Origin: the human T2T-CHM13v2.0 reference genome, Homo sapiens
Length of the DNA stretch: 64,000 nt
NCBI RefSeq assembly: GCF_009914755.1
Contig: NC_060946.1
Strand: one strand, 5' to 3'
Part shown: positions 33,567 to 63,607 of the stretch, piece after piece
Position numbering within the stretch: the first letter of the stretch is position 1
How the letters are laid out: each line of letters starts with the position of its first letter
Program-made: the position numbers and the translations under genes
Notes under the pieces: model-generated
Database searches by the model: none
What the model was told of the DNA's origin: nothing
The model's input: only the letters and a program-made list of their open reading frames with translations

Positions 33567-36389
33567 TCATGAAGGAATGAGCTGTCCCTCCCCAGTTGCT
33601 GGGGTCGTATTTGTTACACTCTAGCTAACGCCTCCCTGAGATGGCTGAGGCCCTGTGAGGCCTATCCAGAGGTTTCCAACAGTGCCTGGCATTGCACAGT
33701 AAATTAATCACCATGACACGAGTTTTGCAAAAGAGAAAAGATTTATTCACAGGGCACCAAGCAAGGATGTGGGATAGTAGCTCTCAAATCCACCTTCCCG
33801 AAAATAAGGCTTAGGGATAAGCCTTGCTTCCAAGCAGTAGAGCACAGGCCCCAGCCACACTCAAGGGGAGGGGACCATACAAGGATGTGAATAACAGTGT
33901 CGGCCTTGTGGGCCTACAACGCAGAAGGGCCATGCACTTGGTTTAAAGCTTTGCTGTTGCCATCTTAACATTCTTAACAAGTTAAAAATAAGGGTCCCCA
34001 CATTTTCATTTATAGCCAGTCCTGTCCAAGGAGTTCAAAGATCTCATGAGGGTGGACAGGGCACTGTCTGCTCTGGGCAGTGATGGGACCACTAACAGTT
34101 GTTCTCCAGTCTCCCAGCGCCTACCCCAGGGACACACCTTCCCCTGGTCTCTACTATTCTTTTTTTTTTTCGAGACAGGGTCTTGCTGTTGCCCAGGCTG
34201 GAATGAGTGCAGTGGTACAAACTTAGCTTACTGCAGCCTCGACCTGGGCTCAAACAATCCTTCTGCCTCACCCTCCCATGTAGCTCAGACCACATGCGCA
34301 TGCCACCAATCTGGGCTAATTTTTTGACTTTGTAGAGACGGGGTCGCACTTTGTTTCCCAGGGTGCTCTTGAATTCCTTGGCTCAAGTGATCCTCCCACC
34401 TCAGCCTCCCAAAGTGCTGGGATTATAGGTGTGATCCACCACCCCTGGCCTCTCTCACATTCTTGACATTTAAAGTTACCATCATTGACAAGGAACATGG
34501 GTACACTCCAATTTACTCAAGAAAAAGCTCTTTTCTCCATTGAAGACATATGTGGCCTAGCTGCTTCATATTCTAGTTGAGGTCTTCTTGTTGTTTCCTT
34601 TTTCTTCTTCTCTCTTGTTTTTTAGAGACGAGGTCCTGCTGTGTTGCCCAGGCTGGTCTCAAAGTTCTAGCCTCAAGAGACCCTCCTGCTTTGTCCTCCC
34701 AAAGTGTTGGGATTACAGGTGTGAGCCACTCTGTCCAGCCTCAAACTGTGGTCATTAGATCAGCAGCAGCAGCAGCCTTGCCTGGGAGCTTGTTAGAAAT
34801 ATACTAACAGGCTCCCACCCCCAAACCCAGACCTACTGAATCAGACAGAGTTTATTTTCATAAGATCCTCAGGTGATCCAAATGCACCTTAAACTTTGAG
34901 GAGCTTTGATTCAGAACCTGGGCTGGAGGCCCCTAGGGGCCACCTTGTTCCTCACAGACTGCAAGGTATGTTTTTTTCTTGCCTCTTCTCTCTGTCCCAA
35001 TGTCTCCTTCTCTCTGTGTCTGACCCTGAGGACCCTGTGACATCCTCCCAGGGGAGTTTCCACTGCCAAAGGCCTGATTCTCTAGAAACTGATGGGCTCC
35101 TCTAGACACCAATCTCTACCTGGGCTCTTGTTGAAGAAGCCAATCAGCTCATTGGTTGGCAATCACGTGATATACAACATGGCTGCCTTCCAAGCCTTAT
35201 GTGTGGACAAGGAGATAGGGACAAGTAGGCATATCATGTTCTGCTACCTGGTCCATCGTCTCTCCTCAGGCCCCCAGGATACACGTTTATGGGGAGTTTT
35301 CCTCCCTTCCCCCAATATGGTCACTCATAACTTTACACCCAACAGTCAAACAGGGGTGGAAGCTACAGGGTTTCATGTAAACAATAGGCTAGGCTGTGGG
35401 GCTGAGTAAAAGGCACTGGACTGTGGTAGGTCTTACTCCAAGATGGCCAAATGGAAGGGCTTTTAGCTTTCTTTGTTTTTGTTTTATATTTTGAGATATA
35501 ATGTTCAAATCTACACTTCAGAATAAAAAAGAGCCACAATTTATGCTTCATATTTTTTGTAGCTTCTTCCCTATGCTTTTGAACAATGTAATCATATTTT
35601 CATTATCAGATATAATTCCCATACCATAATATCCACCCTTTCAAAGTATACTTTAAAATTCAATTGGTTTAAAGCCAATTCAGTGGTTTTTAGTATATTA
35701 ACAAAGTTTTGTCAACATCACAGTTATCTAATTCTAGATCATTTTCATCACCCAAAAAGAAACTCTGTACCCAATAAAGAGTCACTCCCCATTCCCCTCT
35801 TCCCCTAGCCCCTGGTTACCATTCATCTACTTTCTACCTCTGTGGATAGGAAGTAGCTGCCTATTCTGGAGATTTCATTCAAATGGAATAATGAAATATG
35901 TGGCCTTTTATGACTGGCTTCTTTCATTTAGCATAATGGTGTCAAGGTTCATCCATGTTGTAGCATATAACGGTACTTCATCCCTTCTTATGGCTGAATA
36001 ATATTCAATTTTATGGACTTTTTAGCAAAACATTCTAATTTTTACTTCTCTACTGTGCTTATTGTTTGTCTTTCTCCACAACAATGTGAGCACTAAAGGC
36101 AGACATTTTTGCCTATTTTGTTCACTACTGCTTTTTCTGCACCAAACGCATTGCCTGGTTGTGGGTACTTTTCTAGTTTTAGGAAGGAGAAGACAAGATA
36201 TAGGTCCTGACTCTGGTTCTGCCTCTCATTCATATGCTACCCTTCCCCTTGAAGAACTTGTTTCTTCATCTACAAAATGGGCATAATACTACTACTCATC
36301 AGGGTGGTTGTGAGGATTAAACAAGGTAAGAGATGTAAAATTGCATGTTAGTTATCAGATAGATTTGTGTTCCCATCTAGCTCCAATGA

Positions 36390-36699
<310 letters not shown>

Positions 36700-37149
36700 T
36701 GAACTGCTGATGGTCTTCCATGAACAATTCAACAGAAACCCAGTAGCGTACACTTCCTTGTATGCACTTGCACCCTCTCTTTACATTTATTACACATTTA
36801 ATGCTACCTAATAATTCCCTATACTTTTACTTTATCCAATCGTTCAACAGATTCCAACCGAAATACATAGAAGAGTGATATTCCAACTTCATCAGACCCT
36901 GAGATTCTATTTTTAACATTTCTTCCATGGATTGTTGAATGTTTCCAATGATTGATCCACCTTCCCTTGGCCTTTTCTACATTACAGATTTGGTGGCATG
37001 TCCATGTCTATGTTGCCAAACTTGCCTCATAGACCCAGCTTGAACACAAGATGGGTGCTTGCTGAAGAGCAGGACTCATTCTGTTGAACCTGCATGTTTT
37101 CTCAGGTCAGATTGCTTGGTGGCGCTTCTTTAATTTCTTTCAACAGCAC

Positions 37150-39660
<2,511 letters not shown>

Positions 39661-39918
39661 AACCATATTTAACCCTTTACTTTTAAAATTCTTTTTGGAA
39701 ACTGGAAGGATCTGTAACCACCACCCACTCCCACATCAGACCCTATGCATATGCCAACTGTCTGCTGCTCAGCAGCTGTGATGGTTGTTCCAGTTCTTTA
39801 TTAGGCAAAGAACAGTTGTTTTTTTGTTTTTTTGTTTTTTTTTTTTAACATTTCCTTTAAGGAAGGTGGCTCAGATTGCTAAGCCAGCCAGGCCCTGCGG
39901 GACAGGCTGCGCCTAGGG

Positions 39919-46484
<6,566 letters not shown>

Positions 46485-47575
46485 CTATGTCTGGCCAGAG
46501 TCCCTGGCCCTGTGCCCTCTCCGATCTGGGCCCAGGACCCTGCATTCTGGAACCTCTTGTTTCCCTTTGTGTTGTCATAAGGCCAGGAAGCCTGCAATTC
46601 TCACAGCATCAAGGATTCTAAGGAGGCCCAGGAGTAGGCTGGCAGAGGCCCGTGGCAAAGGTGTGGCAGCCGTGACCCTACTCTCCCCCTCTCACGTGTG
46701 TCTGTGTCCCGTGGCGCCACCTCACAGACACCCTGTCTGAGAAGGGATTATGCCTGGGAATTCCCAGGGCCGGACTTTGATTGCAGAACCTGACGAAAGG
46801 GGCTTTGCAGGGTCCAGAATGAGGAGGAGGCAATGAGAATTATCCCTGGAGGATTCTAGAAGTAGAGGCTGGGAGCATCCACAGGTGAATGGAGCCTGAA
46901 CTATGACTAGAAAGGAATTGGGAGAAAGAGACACAGGAACCTGGGAGCTTCGGGAGCAGTGGGGACACCACCACCAGGAAGTCAGGGGGCACTCGGCAAT
47001 GAAAGTGGCAGATGCAATAAAACTTTTAACATATTGTTGTATAATGTACAATAATGTAATAAAAATACACCCCCTATACATTATTGTTCCAACTCTAGCT
47101 CTATCTATTGCCCTCCTCATATGAATCCCTCTCCCCATACCCCATTCTCTAGTTAATCTTAACTAGGCCTCCTGTTTATATTAGCCACATCAAGCCTAGC
47201 TGTCTACTCTATCCTGTGATCAGGATGAGCATCTAATTTGAAATATGCACTCATCGGTGCACTATGTACAGTGGCCCAAACAGTCTCATATGAAGTCACT
47301 CTAGCTATTATCCTCCTATCAGTCCTATTAATAAGTGGTTCATTTAATTTGTATATACTCATTGGAACAGAAGAATTTCTCTGGCTGCTCCTACCATCAT
47401 GACCTCTGGCCATAATATGACTTATTTCCACACTAGCAGAAACCAGCCGAGCCTCTTTAGACCTAACAGAGGGGGAATCAGAATTAATCTCGGGCTTTAA
47501 CGTCGAATATGCTGCAGGCCCATTTGCCCTGTTCTTTATAGCAGACTATATAAATATCATTATAATAAATGCCCT

Positions 47576-48412
47576 GAAGGCCGCAAGAGGTTCGTGGGTG
47601 CAGTGCACAGGAGACCATATCTGGGGACAGCAGCTGCAGCAGACCCCAAGCTGGGCCATCCCTGCCACTTGCCAGGTGGTGCTTGGCGAAGGCAAGCAGC
47701 TCCCACCCGCCCGGGGAATACAGCGCGACCCCCGGCGGCATGCTCTTCAGCACCACCCCAGGAGGTACCAGGATCATCTACCACTGGAAATTCCTGATGG
47801 AGTGTTGAAACTTACCCGTGACCAAAACACTCCCAAGGGATCTGCCCACCATTCCCGGGGTCACCAGCCCTGCCAGTGATGATCCCCCCAACGGAAGCCA
47901 GCCAGAGCCACCTGAGCAATAGTCCAGAAGATAAGCAGGGCGGGCAGTGAAGAAGCACAGTTTTGAGATGGACATTTAAAGCACCAGCCATCGCATGGAG
48001 CACTGCCAAGGGACCCCTCAGGCCCTTCCTGGAGGAGTCCCACCAGCCAGGCCTTATGAAAGTGATCATACTAGGCAGGCATTGGTGTGGGGCCAGTCAC
48101 CCCAGCCCTCTCTCCCTCACTCGCGGCACCTGCCCCCTCCTCTTTGTGAACACCAGCAGGTACCTCCTTGTGCCTCCGCTGATGCAGGAGCAGCTGCCCC
48201 AAGGGGAGTAACCCCTGCCAGCACACCCTGCAGCTGAGGGCCAGGAAGTGGACAAGAATGAACCCTTTCTTCCAAATGATCAGCTCTTCCAGCCCCTGCT
48301 GGGGGCCCCACGACCCCTTCCTTAGGTTGACGTGCCTGGGAAAGCTCACCTCCCCCTCTTCCCTAAGAGAGGAAATAAAAGCCACCTTCGCCCTAGGGCA
48401 AAAAATAAATAA
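47576..48412 (+). pseudogene. Processed EIF4EBP1 (4E-BP1) pseudogene inserted in the NUMT
   Basis: Start ATG>ATA at 47617; [37 protein letters not shown] and C-terminal FEMDI* (stop 47977-47979); 3' UTR with AATAAA and A tail; TSD ATAATAAATGCCCT (47562-47575) / ATAATAAATCCCGT (48413-48426). Confidence 0.92.
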
Positions 48413-48670
48413 ATAATAAATCCCGTAATCACTATTGTCTTCCTAGGAGCACTGCATAACATATATATACCAGAACTCTATACCACAAATTTCGTCACCC
48501 AAACTCTCATTTTAACAAGTCTTTTTTTATGAATTCGAACATCATATTCCTGATTCCATTATGATCAGCTCATATATCTCCTTGAAAAAATTTTCTACCA
48601 CTCACACTAGTACTTTCATATGACATATCTTCATGCCAGTCCTAACCTCCAGCATCCCACCCCAAACATA

Positions 48671-48739
48671 AGAAATATGTCTCACAAAAGAGTTACTTTG
48701 ATAGAATAAATTACAGAGGTTTAAACCCTTTTGTTTCTA
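48671..48739 (+). pseudogene. NUMT mt-tRNA-Ile copy
   Basis: AGAAATATGTCT...GTTACTTTGATAGAATAAA..., anticodon GAT. Confidence 0.8.
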
Positions 48740-48808
48740 GAATTACAGGAATTGAACCTACCCATGAGAATCCAAAATTCTCCGTGCTACATAATACACC
48801 ACATCCTA
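48737..48808 (-). pseudogene. NUMT mt-tRNA-Gln copy
   Basis: GAGAATCCAAAATTCTCCGTG on +, i.e. anticodon TTG on -; overlaps the tRNA-Ile end as in mtDNA. Confidence 0.8.
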
Positions 48809-48819
48809 TCACACCCCAC

Positions 48820-48887
48820 AGTAAGGACAGCTAAGTAAGCTATTGGGCCCATACCCTGAAAATGTTGGTTATACCCTTCCTATACTA
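48820..48887 (+). pseudogene. NUMT mt-tRNA-Met copy
   Basis: AGTAAGGACAGCTAAGTAAGCTATTGGGCCCATACCCTGAAAATGTTGGTTATACCCTTCC, anticodon CAT. Confidence 0.82.
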
Positions 48888-49167
48888 ATTAATCCTCCAG
48901 TGTATGCCATGCAGAGGAGCCCAGAAACTTCCTGGCCTGGGTTGGGGCTGCAGTGGCCAGACTGTGCACCTGGTGGCCCAGGAAGGTAACTAGAGCCCCA
49001 CGTAGAGGACTGAGTGCCACTCACTCTATGCTTTGTGATTTAATAGGTCTAGGCTCAGAAATGGGACTGATCCCACTTCCAGTGACAGAGTAAGCCTGGA
49101 GACAAGCGAAGAGCATGCAGTGTGTTTATTGCAGACAGCAGGGTGCAGTGCAGTGGGCTGTACCCAC

Positions 49168-51256
49168 TCAGTGGAGCCACTCCTGCAGCAACTGCACCTG
49201 CTTCTGGGCCAGCTGGGGGTCCTGCCGAGCCTCACTGTGGTTCAGAGGCTGGAGTATGAGCTTGTGGGCCTCCAGGAAGAGCTCAGTACCAAGGGCAGCC
49301 TTCATATGGGCCTGTCACACTGCCAGCCAGGGCCAGTCTTGGAAGAGGTCGCAGCCAACGGCAGTGGGCTGGGAAGACAGGGCAGCTGGGGTTGGGGCTC
49401 AGCCCCATGCCCAGAGTCCCCCCGAGGGCAGGTGGGTAGGAAAGCTTCACCTGCATCACCTCCGTCAGCACCAAGTCTTCCAGGGAGATCTGCTCCATTG
49501 CCAGGAAGGGCCTGGCCACCAGGACCCCCCCATCCAGGTGCTGCAGGGCTGGCGTCAGCCTCCCCAACAGCCGCTCCAGCTGTGCAGCATCTGCAGGCTG
49601 TCTGGAGAAGTGGGGCAGGAGAGACTGGGCTGTGAGGAGAGGAGCAACTTAACCCAGACTCTTGGAAGCCTCTTGGGCCTCCTCTCCATCCCTTCCCGGC
49701 TGCCATTCATTAGTGATGTCCTCTGGGGCTCTGTGTTCAGAAGGTTTCTAAGGATTCATTCAGGCTTAGGGGAAGGAGTACTGTGATAGATTAGTTATGT
49801 CTGCTGAGGACAGTGGAAGTGAAGCTAATATGTAATATGTACCAACTGGTACCTTCCATCTCTGGGGGTCCAGGCCCCTGCCCCAGCCTGCATGACAGGG
49901 CCTAGGAAGCTCACCTTGCACAGGTAGACATTGGTGGCAGGCAGCTGGATGGTGACATGCTTCCACGCCAAGTACTCATCCACGCAGGTGCGGGCTTGCA
50001 GCTCAGGTGGGTACCAGTGTCCCCGTATCTGGTACTTTCGACTCAGGTATAAAACGATGACCATGCTGTGGGCAGGGGGTGTCAGAGATCTTTTCTCCAG
50101 CCTGTCAGGGCCAGGTGGCTTCATTGCTCATACTCAGGGTGATTTGACCAGGTTTTCTCCCCACCTTCACCTTCAGGGGAGGACCTCCCCTATACTGCAA
50201 CTCCCTCCAGGCAGTATCTCCCCACGACCAAACCACTCTGTTTCTCCATTTCCAACTCTGATCCTCCCTGGGCCCATGTTTCCACCTCCCCTCCCAGTTA
50301 CCATACCATCCTGCCCTCTGTGCCCAGGCCCCACTCCCTGGCATCAGGGTCCCCACTCAGAGTGCCTGCCGTGTGGGCCCTGCCCAAAAGGTCTCCAAGT
50401 TCCCTTCCTAGTGCCCCAGAACACTAGGTGCCCATTTTCTATCCTCAGGTAAGCCCTGGGAGGTGGATACATTATTCCTCCCACTCCGTTTTACAGAGGA
50501 GAAACCTGGCACACAAAGTTCTGTGATTTCCCCAAGGGCATGGATTGAGGAAGTGGTGAGCTGGGATTGAATGTGGAGTCTCCCCTGGGTCTGCCCAGCT
50601 CCTAGGACTCTGAAAGGATGAGCTGGGGACATTTGGGGAGGAGCCAGCCTCAAGCCTGGGCCTTGCCCGCTGGCTTCAGGTTGTCCAGGTTTATCTGGGT
50701 GACCTACGTCCTTTCCCCATCTGGGCAGCTCCAGCTGGCTTAGACTCTAGCCAGGTTCCAGCCTCCAGCTTTAGCCCAAAGGTGCCCCTGGGTCCAGCCT
50801 CTGCATCGGAGCTACACAGGCTGAAATGAGGAAGGGGCCACAGTGATTTGGAAAGATCTCCAACCCAAGGAAAGATCTCCCCTCTCGCCTCTGCCTCCCC
50901 CTACAACTCTGAGCCCCAGAACCCAGGCAGATCCTGGCTCTGACCCTGGGTGGGCACCAGGTCACCATTACCTCTCTGCTAGTAGGAAGTCGCCATCTCT
51001 GAGGGCAGGCACCTTCCCCAGGGGGTTCACCTTCAGGAACTCAGGCTTCAGGTGCTCCCCTGGTGGGCAGAAAGGAGAGAAGGCTCAGTGCAGGGCCTGG
51101 TCCTTGGCACCCACTCCATGGGGCCCAGCCCAGCCACCTGGCTCACCCCAAGCCAACTCCACTGTCTGCAGCTGAAAAGGGATGTCATTCTGCCTGGCAA
51201 AAGTGGATAGCATGGCAGGGGGCTGAGTGCATGTCCAGGAACAGCTTGGGCCCCAT
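49168..51256 (-). pseudogene. Nearly intact five-exon theta-class GST pseudogene (distinct from T1-T4)
   Basis: Exons 51256-51147, 51059-50972, 50065-49915, 49624-49451, 49368-49168; all 8 splice sites canonical; AATAAA on - at 49125-49130. Only a 2-nt shortfall in exon 1 (110 vs 112 nt) and a TGA at 49315-49317 break the frame. Confidence 0.9.
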
Positions 51257-51649
51257 TGCTGCTCCTCCCACCTGCCCTCCCCAGAGGTCTGTACCTCCAG
51301 GAGTTGCTCAGCCCTTCTCGGCCAGTGCCTTCCCCCAAAATGGGGCCAGAACTCTGTACTCCTCCTGAAGCCTATTCCCTCCATGACTGGCTGGGAGGCC
51401 TGCCAAGCCCCTCTCCCCTTTTCTCCACCTCTGTAGAGTGGAGGCAGGGGTGGCCAGTGTCCCTTTGGGGGTTTCAGATAGAAACTCAATGACAATTGGC
51501 TTAGCAAAAACAAACAAACAAACAAAAAACAACAAAAAAAAAACAAAGGGAGTGGGGTGGGTGGGGAGATTTCTCAGAAAACTTCTCCAGTCATAGGAGG
51601 GGAGGGGTGTAGAAGCCACTAAGAGAACTGGAATCAGAACCTGTTTCTG

Positions 51650-51775
51650 TCTCCCCACTTTTCCTCCCCTCTCCTCCTCTCCCCTCCTTCCCCTCCTGTC
51701 CCCTCCCCTCCTCTCCCCTCCCCTCCCTTCCCTTTCCTTCCTTCCCTTCCTCCTTTCCTCCCTTCTTTCTTTGAG
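51650..51775. repeat. Polypyrimidine/polypurine (CT-rich) low-complexity tract
   Basis: Degenerate CCCTC/CCTT run at an Alu tail. Confidence 0.8.
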
Positions 51776-52406
51776 ACAGGATCTCTGTCTCCCTACACTT
51801 TTTTCTTTTAATTCTCTGTCTCTTTCTTGACATAGAATCTTGCTCTGTCACCCAGCCTGGAGTTCAGTGGCACGATCATGGCTTACTGCAATCTCCAAGT
51901 CCTGTGCTCCAGCAGTCATTCCACTACAGCCTCTGGAGTACCTAGGACTACAGGTGCACATGACCATACCCCACTAGTTAAAAAAAACAAAAACAAAAAC
52001 AAAAAAACCCTTGGGCCTGGCAGGGCGGCTCGTGCCTACAATCCCAGCCCTTTGGGAGGCCAAGATGGGCTGATCACATGAGCCCAGGACATCAAGACGA
52101 GCCTGGGCAACGTGCCGAAACCCAGTCTCTACAAAAAATACAAAAATTAGCTGGGCATGGTGGCGCATGCCTGTAGTCCCAGCTACTCAAGAGACTGAGG
52201 TGGCAGGATCACTTGAGCCCAGGAGGCAGAGGTTGCAGTGAGCCAAGATCACGCCACTGCGCTCCAGCCTAGGCAACAGAGCCAGACTCTGTCTCAAAAA
52301 AAAAAAAAAGAGAGAGAGACAGATAGGGTCTCACTATGTTGTCCAAGCTGATCACAAACTTCTGGCCTAAAGTGATCCTTGGGTCTCAGCCTCCCGAGCT
52401 GATTAG

Positions 52407-53161
52407 CTGGGATTGCAGGTGTGGGCTACCACGCCCTGTTATCACTCCCTTTCTCTGAGTCAGCTTTTCTCTCTCAGACTAGCCTACTCCATGAACTCAG
52501 GAAATGTCACTACAGGTGGCCCCAGCTCCCATTTACCTCCCCATAGGGAGCTCCTCTCTCCAGTTCCAATTTCAAAACTCCCAAGGAAGCATTCTGGTTC
52601 ACTCGCTTGGGCCACTGGCCAGAGGGATGGGATACTCTGAAAGATTCAGCTAGAGTCCCGGGCCCAGCCCTGGACCATCACTGTGCACCCTGGTTAGATG
52701 CCAGGGCTGGGATTCAGGGAGAAGAAAGGAGGTTCCCGGACAGTCATTCCTGCCTCCTGCGGCTGCGGGCTCCCTGCACAGTCATTCCTGCCTCCTGCGG
52801 CTGCGGGCTCCCTGCCCCCATCCTGTGCACGAGGTGGGAGCTCCCGCTGTCTGGCAGCAGCTGCTCTGCAGGGGACAGTCTGGACGGCAGAAAGTTCATC
52901 CTTAACCCCAGCCTTCCAGTCAAGGTTCCCACAAGTCTGGGACACCTGCAAGTGTCATATCCCGCTGGGTGAAAGTCTGAGATCCCTTTTAGAGGATCCC
53001 ATTCGCTCCCTCCCTTCTGCCACCTTCCAGCTCCGAGAAACAGAGCTCTGAACGAACCCTCAGATGTCCATGCGCTGGGGCCTTTCCAGGACGGCGGGGC
53101 GCAGTCCTTTCTGGGTTGGGGTGACACCTGGAAACATGTAAGGTCCCTGGCACAGGGACCC
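52407..53161. repeat. Geneless copy of the GSTT2 upstream region, with a private 38-bp tandem duplication (52740-52815)
   Basis: Direct match to 20503-21237; ends by joining into the middle of an antisense Alu. Confidence 0.93.
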
Positions 53162-53504
53162 CTCCCAGTTTCAAGCGATTCTCCTGCCTCAGTCTCCCGA
53201 GTAGCTGGGATTACAGGCGCCCACCACTGCACCCAGCTAATTTTTTGTGTTTTTAGTAGAGATGGGGTTTCACCGTGTTAGCCAGGATGGTCGCGATCTC
53301 CTGACCTCGTGACTAGCCCGCCTCAGCCTCCCAAAGTGCTGGGATTACAGGCGTGAGCCACCATGCAGGGCCAATTTTTGTATTTTCAGTAGAGACAGGG
53401 TTTTACCATATTGGACAGGTTGGTCTCGAACTCCTGACCTCAGGTGATCTGCCTGCATTGGCCTCCCAAAGTGCTGGGATTACAGGCGTGAGCCACCAAG
53501 CCTG

Positions 53505-55890
<2,386 letters not shown>

Positions 55891-55967
55891 GAAAACACAA
55901 CTCTATCCCTGTCCTGGGGATCACTCAAGACTTGTATCCATAGACAACCAGATTTCTATGGGCTTGA

Positions 55968-60030
<4,063 letters not shown>

Positions 60031-60148
60031 GAAATCCCTCTCCAATTTTTATATTTTTAGTAGAGTTGGGGTTTTGCCATGTTGGCCAGGCTGGTATTGA
60101 ACTTCTGACCTCAAGTTATCTGCCCATCTCGGCCTCCCAAAGTGTTGG

Positions 60149-60604
60149 TGTACCAGGACAAGCTGCAGACAAAACCTCTGAGACACCAAGTTAAAGAAGG
60201 AAGGGCTTTATTCGGCCGGGAACTTCAGCAAGACTCACGTCTCCAACAACCGAGCTCCCTGAGTGAGCAATTCTTGTCCCTTTTAAGGGCTTACAATTCT
60301 AAGGGGTCTGTGTGAGAGGGTCATGATCAATTGAGCAAGCAGGGGGTACACGACTGGGGGCTGCATGCACCAGTAATTAGAATGGAACAGAACAGGACAG
60401 GGATTTTCACAATGCTTTTCCATACAATGTCTGGAGTCTATAGATAACATAACTGGTTAGGTCAGGGGTGGATCTTTAACCAAGCCCAAGGTGCAGCGCC
60501 GGGCTGTCTGCCTGTGGATTTCATTTCTGCCTTTTAGTTTTTACCTCTTTCTTTGGAAGCAGAAATTGGGCATAAGACAATATGAGGGGTGGTCTCCTAC
60601 CTTA
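60149..60604 (-). mobile_element. Solo LTR2 (HERV-E) inserted into an Alu
   Basis: Minus strand begins TAAGGTAGGAGACCACCCCTCATATTGTCTTATGCCC; 4-bp TSD TTGG at 60145-60148 and 60605-60608; the Alu resumes on both sides. Confidence 0.85.
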
Positions 60605-60732
60605 TTGGGGTTACAGGCATGAGCCACCGTGCCCAGCCAAGACCCTGAATTTAAATCCTGACTCTGTCATTCATTAGCTCCTGACCTCAAGTATGCCATT
60701 AACTACTTTGAATCCTGGTATCCTTGCTGTCA

Positions 60733-61112
<380 letters not shown>

Positions 61113-61670
61113 TCAAAGCATGATAAAGTACAGGACATAAAGACCATGATTAATCTAACACCCATCACTACAATCTTTGCCTCTGTTCTGGCATTCCCCT
61201 ATGTGTCTTCGCATCACCCTCCTTCTGGGTGACTCCTTTATGTTGTATTTTTTTGTTTGGTTTGGTTTTTTTGGTTAGTTTGTTCTGAGACAGAGTCTTG
61301 CTCTGTTGCTCAGGCTGGAGTGTAGTGGTGTGATCTTGGCTCACTGCTACCTCTGCCTCCCAAGTTTGTACCTCAGCCTCCCGAGTAGTTGGGATTACAG
61401 GCATGCGCCACCATGCCCTGCTAATTTTTGTATTTTTAGTAGAGACGGGGTTTTGCCATGTTGGCCAGGCTGGTCTCAGACTCCTGGCTCAAGTGACCTG
61501 CCCACCTCAGCCTCCTAAAGTGTTGGGACTACAGGCATGAGCCACCACGCCCGGCCACCCCACTCATTTTGAATGTAAGTAGATTACCAATTCTGAAATG
61601 GGTTTTGAGCAGTAGCAACATTGACACAAATTTATAATATTTTCAAGAAGATACTTCCTTCAATATGTAA

Positions 61671-61946
<276 letters not shown>

Positions 61947-62035
61947 TGATCTTTATGAAGAATGTCATAGAAAGTTTTTGAAAGCGATTAAAGTTCACCT
62001 AAACAAGCAGGGATCTATGCTGTATGCCATGCTAT

Positions 62036-63292
<1,257 letters not shown>

Positions 63293-63481
63293 TTCTTTTG
63301 TTGTGGTTGCTGTTGTTGTTTTGAGACAGAATCTCACTTTGTTGAGTGCAGGCTGGAGTGCAGTGGTGCGATCATGGCTTGCTGCATCCCCAGCCTCCTG
63401 GGCTCAAGTGATCCTCCCACCTCAGCCCCCAGAGTAGCTGGAACTACTACTATGCCCTACTAATTTTTAAACTTTTTGTAG

Positions 63482-63607
<126 letters not shown>

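Larger units (their letters stand above)
47008..48897 (+). pseudogene. Old NUMT: partial MT-ND1, tRNA-Ile, tRNA-Gln, tRNA-Met and the first codons of ND2
   Basis: ND1-like sequence in the mitochondrial code (ADAIKL; LAVYSILWSGWASN; [16 protein letters not shown]; [15 protein letters not shown]) followed by the mitochondrial I-Q-M tRNA order; heavily diverged. Confidence 0.92.

Noticed and set aside
48671-48887. Functional tRNA genes
   Set aside because: Mitochondrial-type tRNAs inside a diverged nuclear insertion, with substitutions in the stems.
49315-49317. In-frame TGA as a selenocysteine or readthrough codon
   Set aside because: It replaces a Trp conserved in the paralogs (TGG>TGA), no SECIS is evident in the very short 3' UTR, and exon 1 is also frameshifted.
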